Below are positions 1 to 12,236 of a DNA stretch of 64,000 nt, piece after piece (position 1 is the first letter of the stretch; each line of letters begins with the position of its first letter). A program made the position numbers and the translations under genes. Source of the DNA: Orbicella franksi. Lineage: Eukaryota. The stretch covers positions 6,324,001 through 6,388,000 of the forward strand of contig OZ116709.1 of the NCBI GenBank assembly GCA_964199315.1, in the 5' to 3' direction. The notes under the pieces were generated by a model, which saw only the letters and a program-made list of their open reading frames with translations, was not told the DNA's origin and made no database searches.

Positions 1-942
1 CACGTGCTTTTATAAAACAAAGATGTCACAGAATATTTCCAGCAAATGCGGGTTTTTAACTCTTTTGGCAAGGTAGGAACTGTTCAGAGAATTTATTAAA
101 GTAGTACAAAAATTATTAGTTGAGCAGTAATAATGTTTGCCGCGCTGAGAAAGTGGCTATAATTTCGTCAGCGTAAGGCGATTATTTATAATCCGCCGTA
201 TTTACTAAATTCCAAGTTATACTTGAATTTGCCATTTTACTTAAAATAGCACACCTAAATTGTCTCCTAGTTTTGTCGCACTTCTCTTCAGTCTCTTGAA
301 AGTTAATTGCACGCAGCTAAGCCAATCTCTGTCTTGTCTAAAAAGCGGTAGTTTATTCTTGTTTTCGGATTTGTTTAACTTAATGTTACATTACCACGCG
401 CAGTCGGTCAACTGGCGTTAAAATAATTAAGTTTTAGTTAAATCGTTCTTTAATTTTTGTTTGCTGCAGGATTTGGTCGATTAAGTTTTCAGTATCTACG
501 TGAATAACGCTAAGTAAAATGGCGACTTAAACTCACATATGTATTATTCGGAAGACGAGTAACGGTTTAAAGAGCCTATTGAGAAAACTTAGACAATGGA
601 GATAAATTAATTTGTTATAATTTTTACAGAATGAGTGCGAACAAGTGACAAGATATCAGAGGGTCATATTGGACAAGATATTACTTCAGGTAACATCCAG
701 TTTCGATTCCCTCGCTGCTTTGCTATATTATATATATCTGATAATTAGGTGGAGTTATGAAATTGAAATGACCAAACTCGATCTGCGTTTTTTCAGACCT
801 ACGGAGTTCACACTAGTGACACTGACGACATAAACATCACGACATAAGAAGGATGATGTGTCGTTATGTTTGCAGTGTGAACATCCTGACATAATTACAT
901 AATAGCAATATAACTGCATGAACATAACGACACAAGATATGA

Positions 943-1036
943 AGATTCGAACCCATGACCTCTGTAATACCGGTGCAGTGCTCTACCAACTAAGCTTTCA
1001 AGCCAACTGAGAGCTAGCTACATTGTGGCCAGCTCC
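943..1036 (-). mobile_element. tRNA-derived SINE head fragment
   Basis: The minus strand has an A-box-like AGCTTAGTTGGTAGAGC and a B-box GGTTCGAATC, but no complete acceptor stem. It sits within ACATAACGAC-type inverted repeats at about 820-935 and 1100-1200. Confidence 0.65.
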
Positions 1037-3765
1037 TATGCAGCTCCCAGCTCCAACAACGACACAAGGAAAAAAATTGGCGATCTTTTAATTTCTTTAT
1101 AACTTTATGTCGATGATCACATTACCGACATTTGTGATTATGTCGTTATAGCACTGATAATTAATTTTATAACTCGTTATGTTGCTTATGTCGTTATGTT
1201 AATTATTATTGGCGAATGCCATATTCCTAGGACTCGAGAGAAAAACTGAATTGATCTCGAAAATATCGCGTTTCTCAGAGCAAAGCGTCATCTGTAGAAG
1301 CATGTAAAGTATAACTTTTTCATAGTCATTGCCGTCGAGACAACTTAGACTCGGTCTAATGCATGTAGGGTTTGAGCAAACTTGGATGATGGTGAAGTTA
1401 CGACTACAAATAATTCGTAACACAAGTGTTTTTTTTTCTTTTTACAGAATGAACCGGCGGACGATAGTGACAGAGTTTTGAGAGGATCCCATCAGTATGA
1501 CAAGATATTTACTTCAGGTAACATCCAGCTCTCAACTCAGTTTCCTCTACATTTTTCTTACTAAGCTTGTGTATCTAAAAATTCGGAGGAATTTAGAAAA
1601 CCACGGCTAGTTCAGGGACGAATGATTGATGTGCATTGAATAAATTGCGCGTGCACCTGAGTTTTTGAAACGTATCTTGCCTTCTTTTACAGAACGAAGT
1701 GAAATTTTTCAAATTCTGCTACAGTGTTGAGGGTTAATCGAAGTGAATGCTATATTCTCTAGCACTCTAGGGACAAGCTGAATTGATTTAGAAACTTTAT
1801 TAGGTCAGAGCAAGACATAGCAAGTATACATTGTTCATAGTTGTCGCCGCCTTTGTATTTCCAATGCAAAGTTTCAAGTTAATTTAGCAATAGTTATAAT
1901 TGTTTAATAATTCAGTAAAATTTTACCGGACGGAACCCATAGTACATTCAATAATTGCCTGTTTGAAATGGTCGAAGCTTAAGATCGTTTAGCTATCCCG
2001 TTCCAAAAATAACTTCGTCATTTCGGGATAGGTGTGAAAAATAGTCTGCGGATCACTTGTGTTTATGGATCATTCCAGAGTAAGTTTGGAGATTACGGAG
2101 TAAGAGATCAATTTGAAGTTGAAGGGAGCATTTTCACTATTTCCAGGGTCGTATTTCCTTGAGTTTTGGATTTAACTGAGTCTATCTTTTTGTAGATTGG
2201 TGTTGCTCTGCTGAGGCGCCAGATGAAATGCCTTGCACAGCTAGGGAACATGTCTTGCTCAACGGCTGAGTCCATATTCTTCTCTGATGGCATGAGCTTT
2301 AATTACAACAATATTTAATGTTCGAATGATCAATGATGGGATTCTGAAGTTTTACATTTTTGCTGGCGTAACTCCAATTTATACTCACGGCTAGAAGATA
2401 AAACTTCTTAAAAATAACTTGAATGTCGCTTTTCACAAATTTTGATAATTAACAGTCCGGCGAAATGATTTTGTCAAAATTTTTCTGGTTAATATGTTCA
2501 AAGATGTACCTAGACAACTTGAGCGGCAGCCATTTAATTGGATCAAATATCTGAAGCAGTACCAAATTTCGGAAGTACCTTACCTTTCATTTTTATATGG
2601 GAATCTCTCTCTTTCTCTGTGCGCGCAAGACGCGAGAATCTAATTAAAGGCACTTTTCGACGCAGGAAATTGTTAATTACTTTTGGAATTGCTGTTAGTT
2701 ACCGTGGAAACTTATTTACAAAATTACCGCAAATATTGTTAAATATATAGGGATTAGCAAGGAAAAAAAAAACGAATATTTGTAGGCGTCAAGGGAATAT
2801 TGCAACGAGAAGTTAAATCCTGTGATTTAAAACAAGTTCCACAAAGGTCCAGAGATGGAACTTTGGATTGCATTTGTGACGTTTTGAAAATCTGGCTTCT
2901 GATTTGGAAAATTCAAACATATTCATAACCTACTGATGATTCGATCCTTGAAAATATTTTTGTCCACGCGGGGACTAGACTAAAGCGACATGTTTAGTCA
3001 GTAAACAACAATTTAATCGAACACATTTTATTTGAGACGGTTTCTCGAACTGAAAAATGATGAGTTGGTGGAAATGGGGGGGGGGGGGGGGGGGGTAAAT
3101 CCGTTGGTTTGCGGGTACTGCTTTGAGTTGGGCTCCTGTCTGAGTGCAGTATGCCGTGCAACTTTTGTCAGTTTATGGTCGTATCTGCCAATTTGTAATC
3201 TTGAACAAAAAGAATCAAAGCCTGATAGCTTGTTCCACATAAAAATGTCGACGCGAACCTCTGTCGGCATGAGTGACCTTGAATGACCTTCAAGACGCTG
3301 CATCAATCACAATAGCCGCCATGTTGGTTTCTCGTTTGCAATTCAAATCTACCAACCATGCACGTGAGGCCCTCTTGAAATTCATCGACAGATCGTGAAA
3401 AGACTTTTACAGCTTTGAATAATTTTCAGACCTAAATACCTAGGATTTGCAAAATAGATGTTACTGAACGCAACGACTTTCATTGCCATTTCCTTTTAAA
3501 ATTAGGTTCCAGTCTTTCCCCGTATGTTGCAGCATACGAAAAGTCAAGTCATTTAACAATCAAAGTTTTTCTTTTTCACACATGCGTTGTTTTGTTACGT
3601 TTATAACTGCAACGTGTATATTATTTCAGATTAAAAAACAAAAGACGATTTACGTCGTTAACAAGTCAGAATTTTGCCAACATTGACAACTTGTAATTAC
3701 ATTAGAAAGAAACGGACTTTCCAAAAATTGTCTCGATATTGTCAACGTTACACTGTTATTTATAT

Positions 3766-4339
3766 TAGGGAGCTTGAGAAAACCACGATGGCAGCGGCAA
3801 CGGCAACGTCGCTAAACAAAAGGTTTAATGAGGAGAACAATGGCTGTACACGTGCGTTATAATTCTTGTTACATTTCTTTGCCGTCCTCTGCAAAACAAC
3901 AATGTCAAATGGCCAAATGGACCTTTTTCGACTGGGCGGTTTTTTAATTTGTTGCCCCATTTCAGACCATGTGATGATTCTCGTGAGAATTCCTCCTTTC
4001 AAATTTTCAAATAGTCGTGGGCATATGAATAAGTAATTTTTAGATGGATAAAAGAACTATTCTCTAGAGAACATCACGTGGTCTGTAATGGGACAACAAA
4101 CCGCCCAAGCGAAAAAGGCCTATTCTGCGATGTCTGAAAAACATGAACCACGACGGCTAATTTTTAAAATTTTTATTTCGAATTAATCGATATGTCCTAG
4201 ATTCAGTGTCGTGATAGCTTTGACAGTGATAAACAAATTTAATGACTCTAGGGTACTACGAGATTCGTAGGTAAATATAAACTCATTTTTTAATTGACGT
4301 TGTCCTCGACGTCGCCGTCGTGGTTTCTTAAGCTCCCTA
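3766..4339. mobile_element. Non-autonomous TIR element (MITE)
   Basis: Inverted termini TAGGGAGCTTGAGAAAACCACGATGGC / CGCCGTCGTGGTTTCTTAAGCTCCCTA, flanked by ATAT on both sides (or TA if the termini start at GGG). Confidence 0.75.
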
Positions 4340-5096
4340 ATATTGGCATACCGCTTGCATTGTATCAACAGAATCAACATGGCGGCTTTGTTGTGGTGGA
4401 TATTTGTGATATTTAAATAATGACTTCGCTAAAATGTTTAACATTTTACTCCACGAGGTGATAACGAAACATTTTAGACTTCGTTCTTGGTTGGAAAAGT
4501 ATAATTTTTCTCGCGTCTTTTGCTAGAAGTTGAGCTGACACGCGCTTAGCTTTGATCCTCAAATAGGTCTAAGTCTTCTGGCGGGAAAATTGTATAAAAG
4601 AGTTCTCTGAGTATTTTGGCGGAAAAAAGTCCATGCGTTGCTTTTAAATAGAGCCTGATGATAAGTCAAAAGTAGGAAGAATCTCTACTTAACTTTAGAA
4701 TATCGCTGATTAAGATGTGAATGAAATACAAACAAATGAATAAACCAAACTAAACGAAAAGCATCGGTAGATGTAGCAGGCGTGCCTCCCAATGCAATTT
4801 CACACATTTTGTAAAATTTGTTTCTGCAATTTTTCGAAGTAAAATGCTTTCTTTTAAAGGTTGTTATTCGTTGACATTGACCGGGTTTTCTTTATTTTTT
4901 CCTCAGACTTTCCTGCTATGGCGAGGACTCCCATGGACTCATATGGCCATGGAGATCAGATAGATTCTCATGGACAACAGATGCCAGCTTACATGAAGAA
5001 GAATCTGAAACACCGCGCTTGTATGGTTTCCTGGCTTTAATGATTGATAGGTAACGATAGCGATTTAGTTAACACAAATTTAGAGTTCAAATTTCT

Positions 5097-5430
5097 AAGT
5101 CTTTGAGTTCCATAGAATGATTGAAGTCCAAGTTTTCAAAACAAAAATTCGTTCTCAAGCAGGCGAAGGACGGTGAAATTTTCCATAGGGAAATTGTTTT
5201 GATATCCTGTAAAATTCAAAGAATTGACTCTAAAAGAACTATATGGCAATCTGTCTGTAGATTTTCAGTCCAATATTTAAGTCTTTGAGTTGCCAAGAAT
5301 GATCGACGTCCAATTTCTCAAAACAAAAATCTCAAGCAGGTTGGTCGACGACAAAATTTTCAACATGAAGATTGTTTTGATGTTTTCTCAATTTCTCTGA
5401 CAATAAAAGAAATATACGACAATCTGTTAG
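5097..5430 (+). repeat. Diverged tandem duplication of about 180 bp
   Basis: AAGTCTTTGAGTT..AGAATGAT..GTCCAA..TCAAAACAAAAAT..CTCAAGCAGG occurs at about 5097 and about 5280. Confidence 0.7.
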
Positions 5431-6512
5431 GAAAATTTACTTGTCGAATTTAGGACCAAAAGGAATGTTCTTGTTATCACTGCAATGTATAGGAATATTT
5501 TGAATTTCGCCATCTATTTACTGAAAACATTCTACGTCAAATTATACACAAATTAGGTATTCTACACAGTTTTAAAATTATCATATTGGTATAGGTACGT
5601 TTAAAACGCTCAAAAGTTAATTTCACATAATTTTTTTGACGTAATTTTGTTCGGACATTTGTATTGGTTTTGAACGCGGGTGTCCAGTTTAATTTGCATT
5701 TTATGTATTCAAAACTTTACACGATTGTCTTTTTGTTCTAATGTGATTTCGGTTTTATAGCCGTTCGTCGATCGCTAATTTCTTCGAGCAATTTATCATT
5801 ACTCACCAAAACAATCAAATTACGTTGATTTTTCTTGGCAACTCGGTTCTGAATGTACGTTTAAGTTTGTTTCACAAGTCTTGTAATTATGTTAGGTTAG
5901 AAAAAAGATAGCAAAAAATTCCAAATCTTAGCTATTTTCCACTAGAATTTAATACCAAGAGCAAGCTTATAGTCCGATCGATAACCTACTTATTGCAAAC
6001 TTGTAAAAACAAAAAAAATACTGATTTATTCCGCAAGAGTCTTCTATTGATGTATTTTGTTAATAACTGTTCTGCTTAATTTGTTTTCACTTTCATCGCT
6101 TTTTGTAAGTTTTATATTTAGTTAAAACTGAGTTATTTCTTGCAATGATGTGTTTGATATTTTTCAAGTATTCTTTGTAATTATAAAAACGTTTTGTACA
6201 CTTAGTTGTAAATTAAGTCTTCAACTTGTAATATCACTTAGAGTTTAAATACTTTAATAATAAAGTTGAAATAAACAAAAGACAATGTAGTCAATAAATG
6301 AGTCTTGCTTTATTAAGAGAGTAACAAAAAAATATTGCGCTTTTAAAAGGGGCCTGGAAACTAGTCGGAATGTAGGCTATCTCTTTTACTATTTTTTGAC
6401 TATGTAGGGTTGCCGACGCGGGAAATTTTCTGCACTTTTAAACAGGGTCTAGTAAGAGGCCAAAATAAATGCCGTATTTTAACGGGTAAAATCTCTGCGC
6501 AAATTGCACAAA

Positions 6513-6700
6513 TTTTTCCCGCCAAAAGACTTAGTTTATTTTTGACTCATTACCTGACTCCACTCAAAAGCTCAGACCTTTTTCCCGCCAAAAGACTTAG
6601 AATATTTTCCCCTCAAAACCAAAATCAGCAAATAAACAGGATCCGATCTTTTTCCCGCCAAAAGACCTAGAATATTTTTTGCTCCAAACCAAAATCCGCG
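6513..6700 (+). repeat. Short tandem array of TTTTCCCGCCAAAAGACTTAG (3 copies, about 65-70 bp period)
   Basis: Copies at about 6513, 6580 and 6649; an inverted copy at about 4568-4592. Confidence 0.7.
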
Positions 6701-7152
6701 AGAGAACACATTTACTTTTCTGGCCAAAAAATCTTCGACGTTTTAACGCACAGTTTTGCCCCTTTTAAAAGCGCATGTAAATTTACAGCAATATAAAAAA
6801 ATATCCAACGAGCTTTCACGCTTTTTATTCGACCAACAACAACAACGATTCTGCATAGAAAACATTCGACTCTTAGCAAGAGCTTGCGGCTTCTTATACT
6901 TTGTCTTCAACTGATCCAAGTCTTTAATAACGTGGACATCATCTTTCACTCCTGCAAAGAAAGAAAATCAAGATATTAGCGCAGTTGAAACGGTTCAGAT
7001 CAAACAAACTCAGAGCTTTAACAAACTTAACTATATAACGACTCATGAAATATCAGCCGAATATATTCTGCTAATGAATGCCGGTGCGAGCGCACAGCTT
7101 ATCTCAGACAACTTTCAAGATTTGTTTTTTCAGAAATATAAATCTTTAAAGC

Positions 7153-7504
7153 AAACGTCAGTACAAGTTTCAGATATAAAACGACAATTTTAAAGTTTAC
7201 AAACGTGTTTCGGCAGAAACGTCTGCCTTCGTCAGTGCAAATTTTACAGAACATGCAAATTAAATCTAAATAAGTGATACATGCTAATGAATACGTATTC
7301 ATAATAGAAAAAGCGTGCGGACTACAAAGACAGGATTAAATGGACGAGTCGAAGTTGCTGATTAAGCTAAAAAAGGGACGGGTTTTCCCACGGGATGTGC
7401 AAAGCTTTCTGCCGAAACATGTTTGTAAAATTTAAACTTGTCGTTTTATATCTTTAACTTGTTTGGACTTTTCTACTGTCCCGACCTTTTGGAAACGTCA
7501 GTAC
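7153..7504. mobile_element. Inverted-repeat element bounded by 12-bp direct repeats
   Basis: An inverted repeat of about 55 bp (7164-7219 vs 7406-7461). AAACGTCAGTAC at 7153-7164 and 7493-7504. Confidence 0.55.
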
Positions 7505-10307
7505 GTAGTAATGTAGAAGACTCGCAATGAACGAGTTTCTCCCCATACAATTGCCTCGAAGCTTGATATTTAAATCCAGACTGAAAATTCGCCTTTGTGA
7601 CAACACTGACTGGCTAATATTCTGTTCACACTAAAACCTAAACTGTTGAAAGCTTATTTAGTTAAACAGATCGTAGAGAAAAATCATAGTCTGGTCATGC
7701 GATTCGTAATCAAAGATCAGCAGGAAGAATGTAATTCTTTCCACGTAAACGTGATACGACAAAAATCAGTTGTTCGATAGATCTTTGTCCAAATTCTTCT
7801 AACGGAGAAAACGGTTAACATCGTTTAAATTGAATTTTGCGAAAATCAGGCTTGTTTTCACGTCGACACGGTACTCGCGCAAAACACTTCGGTCCAGGAA
7901 AAAAATTGAAATCAATAACTAAACATGTTCAAAGTTTTATTAAACTTACCATAACAGACATCTTTTTTGTCACAGTCTAGCAAAGCGACAATGGATGCTG
8001 ATCAGCGATCACTTCACCTTGGAACTGCAGAAATAACAAACCAAGGGTCAAGAACATTAAACTTGCAGACGCTTCTTTTTAATTATTGCTGTTCTTAATT
8101 CGTTAATGAAGTTGCAACTTCCCCTTTTGATGTTAACTAGATATAGTGAAAAAAGGCTGTCATCACAGACTGCATATCATGAAACTTTTGGGGGATTTTT
8201 TTATGCGATCTTTAAGTTTTTTTTTTCTTTTGGCGGTCTAAAAAATGGGGAAAAATCTGGGATTTTTGACGTAATTAGGGTAGGAAAATAGATCCGCAAT
8301 ACGTACATACGTGGTTTCTGCGAAATATTCCATACGTGAGTTACTTTATTGGTATATTTGTACAAACAGCAGATTTAATTAAAACAAAAAAACAACAGCA
8401 ACACCACCACCACCAACAAAATCAAATGAGAAAGGCCAAGTTAAAGCCATTCAAGGTCAGACAACCCTTTCAATTAAGAATTGAGAATCGCTACTTTCTT
8501 CTTTTTCGGCTAAACGTATTTTGGATCCAAATTCCCAAAACGCAAAAAAATATGAGGAAGTGTCATATGCATTACTCTTATCCTTCAACGGAGTAGTTGT
8601 GTCGTGTTTTGGGACAAGAAGCTTTACTGTTACAGAGCTTCTTTCTTCTTTGGCCGGTATAAAAATTGCTGAGTAACTTGAGATGGCCATGGACAGGCAT
8701 ACCTCCCTGTTTGAGAGGCGATGCTTCCAGTCACTTTTACGCTGCAGAAGTTGTCGTTAAATGCTGATCTATAACTGTATCTCTCTCTAAATATGTATTA
8801 CGATACGATCGCGAACTGATGCTCACTTTTTCCTTGCCACTTTCAGCCTCGCAGAAATGCAGTCCAATCCACTCGAATCTTCAGTTTGTCTCTCTGGGTA
8901 ACAATCCTACAAAAAGAGAAAGAGTTTAAACTCGCACACCGCGAACTAACGAAGAAATCTGGAGTCCTGAGATGAAGGGAAAGTTTAAAACTGAGAACGA
9001 GTACAAAGGGAGTAGCTTTAAAGAATGTTTACAAACTGACAAAAGCGCTTACAATCATTACTTCAACGATCGAACCTTGAATTAGCTAATAAACGTATGT
9101 ACATTTGCTGGGCAATAACAAACTGAGACGCCCGACAAAGTGCTAAACGAATCATTTATCACGTGCACACCATTCCTGTTCATGGATTAATTTATGGCTC
9201 GACAATCCGTCTTAAAGAAGCTGTCAATCGGCGCATTCAACTGAGAAAATTAAAAATTTCAGACTTTTCAGTTTACAGATTAAAAAGAAAATATTTATTT
9301 GTGTATTAAGACCGCAAAATTGATAAGACATACTCAGAATCGATGAACCAGTTGCCCTTATAATTACCGTTAATAAATTGGACTTCACAGTCAACTAAAC
9401 GTCTTCCATTGTGCGTGATTGAGCGCAAAGTTCAGAAATGTTGCTTGCAATAGAGCAGACGAAAAACAGCGATCATTAACCCAAAATAATTACGTAATAA
9501 ATGGTTTCTCCAATATTTAGTGTATCTACCTGACAACAGTTCACGAACAGTTCACGAAAAATCTGACAACCTTCAGAATTAACCACGTGCACCTTACCTT
9601 CGAATTCCATTTAGGGTTGAATATGTCCTGTTTTGGTCAAAACATTGAATCTCTGGCCACTGCAAATCTACATGTCCTCTTGTGTTGTTTCTGGTTTGGT
9701 TTTACCAGCTTAGTGCAGCAAATGTTTCCCGTTCTGTGTACAAAAATCAATCGTACAACAACCAACGGAGGTGTCGGCAAACCGAACCGCGAAGAATAAT
9801 TACCAGTATCAGCACCTTGGGCTACTGGAAAAATTTGCAATTTAGATTTGCAGCTAACGCAACTTTCGCGCCATAAACAATCTGCGAAGTTTGAAGACTG
9901 CCCAATACAGACATATTTTGTAAATAACTATTTGTTTAAGTTCTTAGGTTTTAAACGAGAGAGAAATGTTTTAGTATCTTACTGAAAATATTATCAACAT
10001 AATGCGCATTTTTTTTTAAATGCTTTGTAACTCTGCAACATCGCGCACAGCCATCGACGCAAAATATCAAAATTACGCACTGGAACATTGAACTGTTACC
10101 ATTTCTTGCCTCCCGGCTTTTTAATAATTAAAAAAATGCGACAATTTGTTTCCTTTTTCCCGCTTTTCTTTCCCGAAAGCAATGGTACTAAACAGTTGAT
10201 GTTACTTCTTGTTAGATTCTTAACCTGCCTACCGTCGCCGTTTTGGTTGCAAATTGTGAGCATCTGCTTGTAGCGTCAGCAATGTTAGTTGAAATTTACC
10301 TTATCCC

Positions 10308-10385
10308 GTGGACAGATAGCGTAACGTGTGGATAGATAGCGTAAAGTGTGGATAGATAGCGTGACGTGTGGACAGATAGTGTGCG
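10308..10385 (+). repeat. 20-bp minisatellite, about 4 copies
   Basis: Unit GTGGA[C/T]AGATAGCGT[A/G]A[C/A]GT starting at 10308, 10328, 10348 and 10368. Confidence 0.85.
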
Positions 10386-10524
10386 GCATCGTGGCAAGGC
10401 TGCAAAAGCAGGAATCCCACAGCCATTCACACGCACCGCGCTTCAATCATAAAGGGATGCCTGTGGAAGACACAGGTACGAAGTGTTGGGGAGTGTGGCC
10501 ATGTTGAATGACTGGTGCGCACAT

Positions 10525-10770
10525 ATATAAATTAGCCTTGCCGCGGATATAAATTTGCTGCGCGCGTATCAAATTTGCTCATGCTTATATATAAATTTTC
10601 TTCGCCCATATTTTCCTTGCTGCGCACAAATTTGCTGCACGCATACTAAATTTGCTGCGCGCAGATATAAATTTGCTTCGCTCATATTGTATTTGCTGCG
10701 TGCAAATTAAACTTACTTCGCCCATGTTGTATTTGCTGCGCGCACATTAAATTTGCTGCACGCATGTCTT
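10525..10770 (+). repeat. Degenerate minisatellite of AAATTTGCTGCGCGC-type units
   Basis: ATTTGCT(G/T)C recurs about 8 times at irregular spacing. Confidence 0.7.
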
Positions 10771-11698
10771 GGTGAGGTCATGGATAGCAGATTACTCTCC
10801 ATGGTAAGGTGTCCTTTTTAACCCTTTGAATACCAAACTTTTGCCAAAAAATACCGTTTTTAACCGTTTAGTCAGGTTTTTTAGCTGCCACGACGCTAAA
10901 TAAGCCTAAGTTATGCTGAAAAAAGCTTTTTTTTGGCTAAAAGGAGAGCTTTTTCGAGGATTAGGTACAAAATTGAGCAAAACTTCAATTACGGGCATGC
11001 GCATAAGCCAAAATTTGGACTTGTATGTTCTTTCTGGCTGCAGTGAAAAGTTGGATGTTAATTACGGGCGAAGCCTAGAAATGGACCTTGATCAATCATA
11101 GGCGTTGTGGACCATTTTACTACCGTTTTTGCACCAAAACTGATAACCTTGTTTTTCGATTTGCGACGTCGGAATGTCGTCGATATCTAAACCTGACCAT
11201 TGTGCGGAAAGGGCTAGCCTAGCACTACTATCTGCTTATCAAGAATATCTGATGACATTTAAATTGATGACGTCACAAGTGGTACCAAGAGCACGATCAT
11301 TAATTACGCATATATGCGTAGTTGGTATTCAAAGGGTTAACAGGAAGAAAAATTTGCCGGGAAACAGGAGAAGGTGCTCTCCTTACATACTTCCGTCCTC
11401 GCAAATCAAGGAGTATACTGAGTGAGGAGAGCGATTCTAATTAACCTCTACCGTGGAAACCAAAAGGCATCAAATCTTAGTGTGAAGTTTCAGATAATGA
11501 ATTTTCTGTTAATTCCAGGATGGCGGTCACGGCAAAGAACCAGACGAAGTTTAATGGGAAAATGAGGCCGAGTATTAATCTCCATTTACTTGTTTTTATG
11601 CTCAGACACTATGTACCATGGCAATTTTTTTTTTTGAAAAAAAAATAGACTGCCCCGAAGGGAGGATGTTCGCGTTAATTGTTACTGCCTATCCTTAA

Positions 11699-12236
11699 GC
11701 ACGGTTGATACGTCGCATTTCTGTCGTGTCGAATTCAATTCAACGAATTATATTCGACAGAAATTCGACGTCTGAATCGGCTGCCGCACGTTCGACTGGG
11801 CTTGTCGCATTATCCGGCAGAGATGCGACACCGATTTAAACGTCGAATTTCTGCTGTGTTGAATCTAATTCATACATTATGTTAATGTTTGAGCATGCGT
11901 AAATTTGGTCCCGCCAAAGAGAAAGAAGAAACTTGGCCATTCTCGTCCCAACGCAACCTGAAAATATTGCAAAACGAAATGCTGCATTGTCAGCCTTCTC
12001 CTTCTCTTTCGATTGGTAGACAATTTTTCGCAAAATTTAAGTCCTTCGTCCCTCAGTATCTCCGTCCGCCATATTGAATACTTTACGTTTAACATTTTCC
12101 GCTGACCGACATACCCGACAGTATTAATTCTGAATTAAATTCGACACAAGTGCGACGTATTAATCTACAGTCGCATTTCTGCCGCACTTAATTGAATTGA
12201 ATTCGACACGCAGAAATGCGACGTATGAACCGGGCC
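11699..12236. mobile_element. MITE with about 50-bp TIRs (Harbinger-like)
   Basis: GCACGGTTGATACGTCGCATTTCTGTCGTGTCGAATTC / GAATTCGACACGCAGAAATGCGACGTATGAACCGGGCC, flanked by TAA/TTA. Confidence 0.75.

Larger units (their letters stand above)
630..6320 (+). ncRNA. Putative spliced transcript (lncRNA, smORF gene or 3' end of an upstream gene)
   Basis: Candidate exons 630-689 and 1448-1517 are homologous and share TTTTACAG|AATGA...TTCAG|GTAACATCCAG. A candidate terminal exon starts at 4907 after TTTTTTCCTCAG. AATAAA at 6259, 6270 and 6293. The only ATG ORF of note is 4918-5040 (40 aa). No recognisable domain. Confidence 0.4.
6310..10400 (-). ncRNA. Putative multi-exon lncRNA or decayed gene
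   Basis: Strong minus-strand splice pairs: about 10400-10300, about 9822-9598 (donor AAG|GTAAGG), 8906-8703 (TTTCTCTTTTTGTAG / GAG|GTATGC), 8024-7950 (TTATTTCTGCAG / ATG|GTAAGT), and a last exon from 6951 (TTTCTTTCTTTGCAG). Exons 8906-8703 and 8024-7950 have stops in all three frames. AATAAA at 6314-6309. Confidence 0.35.

Noticed and set aside
943-1036. Possible tRNA gene
   Set aside because: A and B boxes are present but the cloverleaf is incomplete; treated as a SINE head.
3076-3096. Long G-runs here and at about 21400, 34172 and 38368 as functional G-quadruplexes
   Set aside because: Homopolymers typical of MITE termini and prone to sequencing length error.
8457-8690. 77-aa ATG-initiated minus-strand ORF
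   Set aside because: No recognisable domain; it lies just inside a predicted intron of the putative lncRNA.
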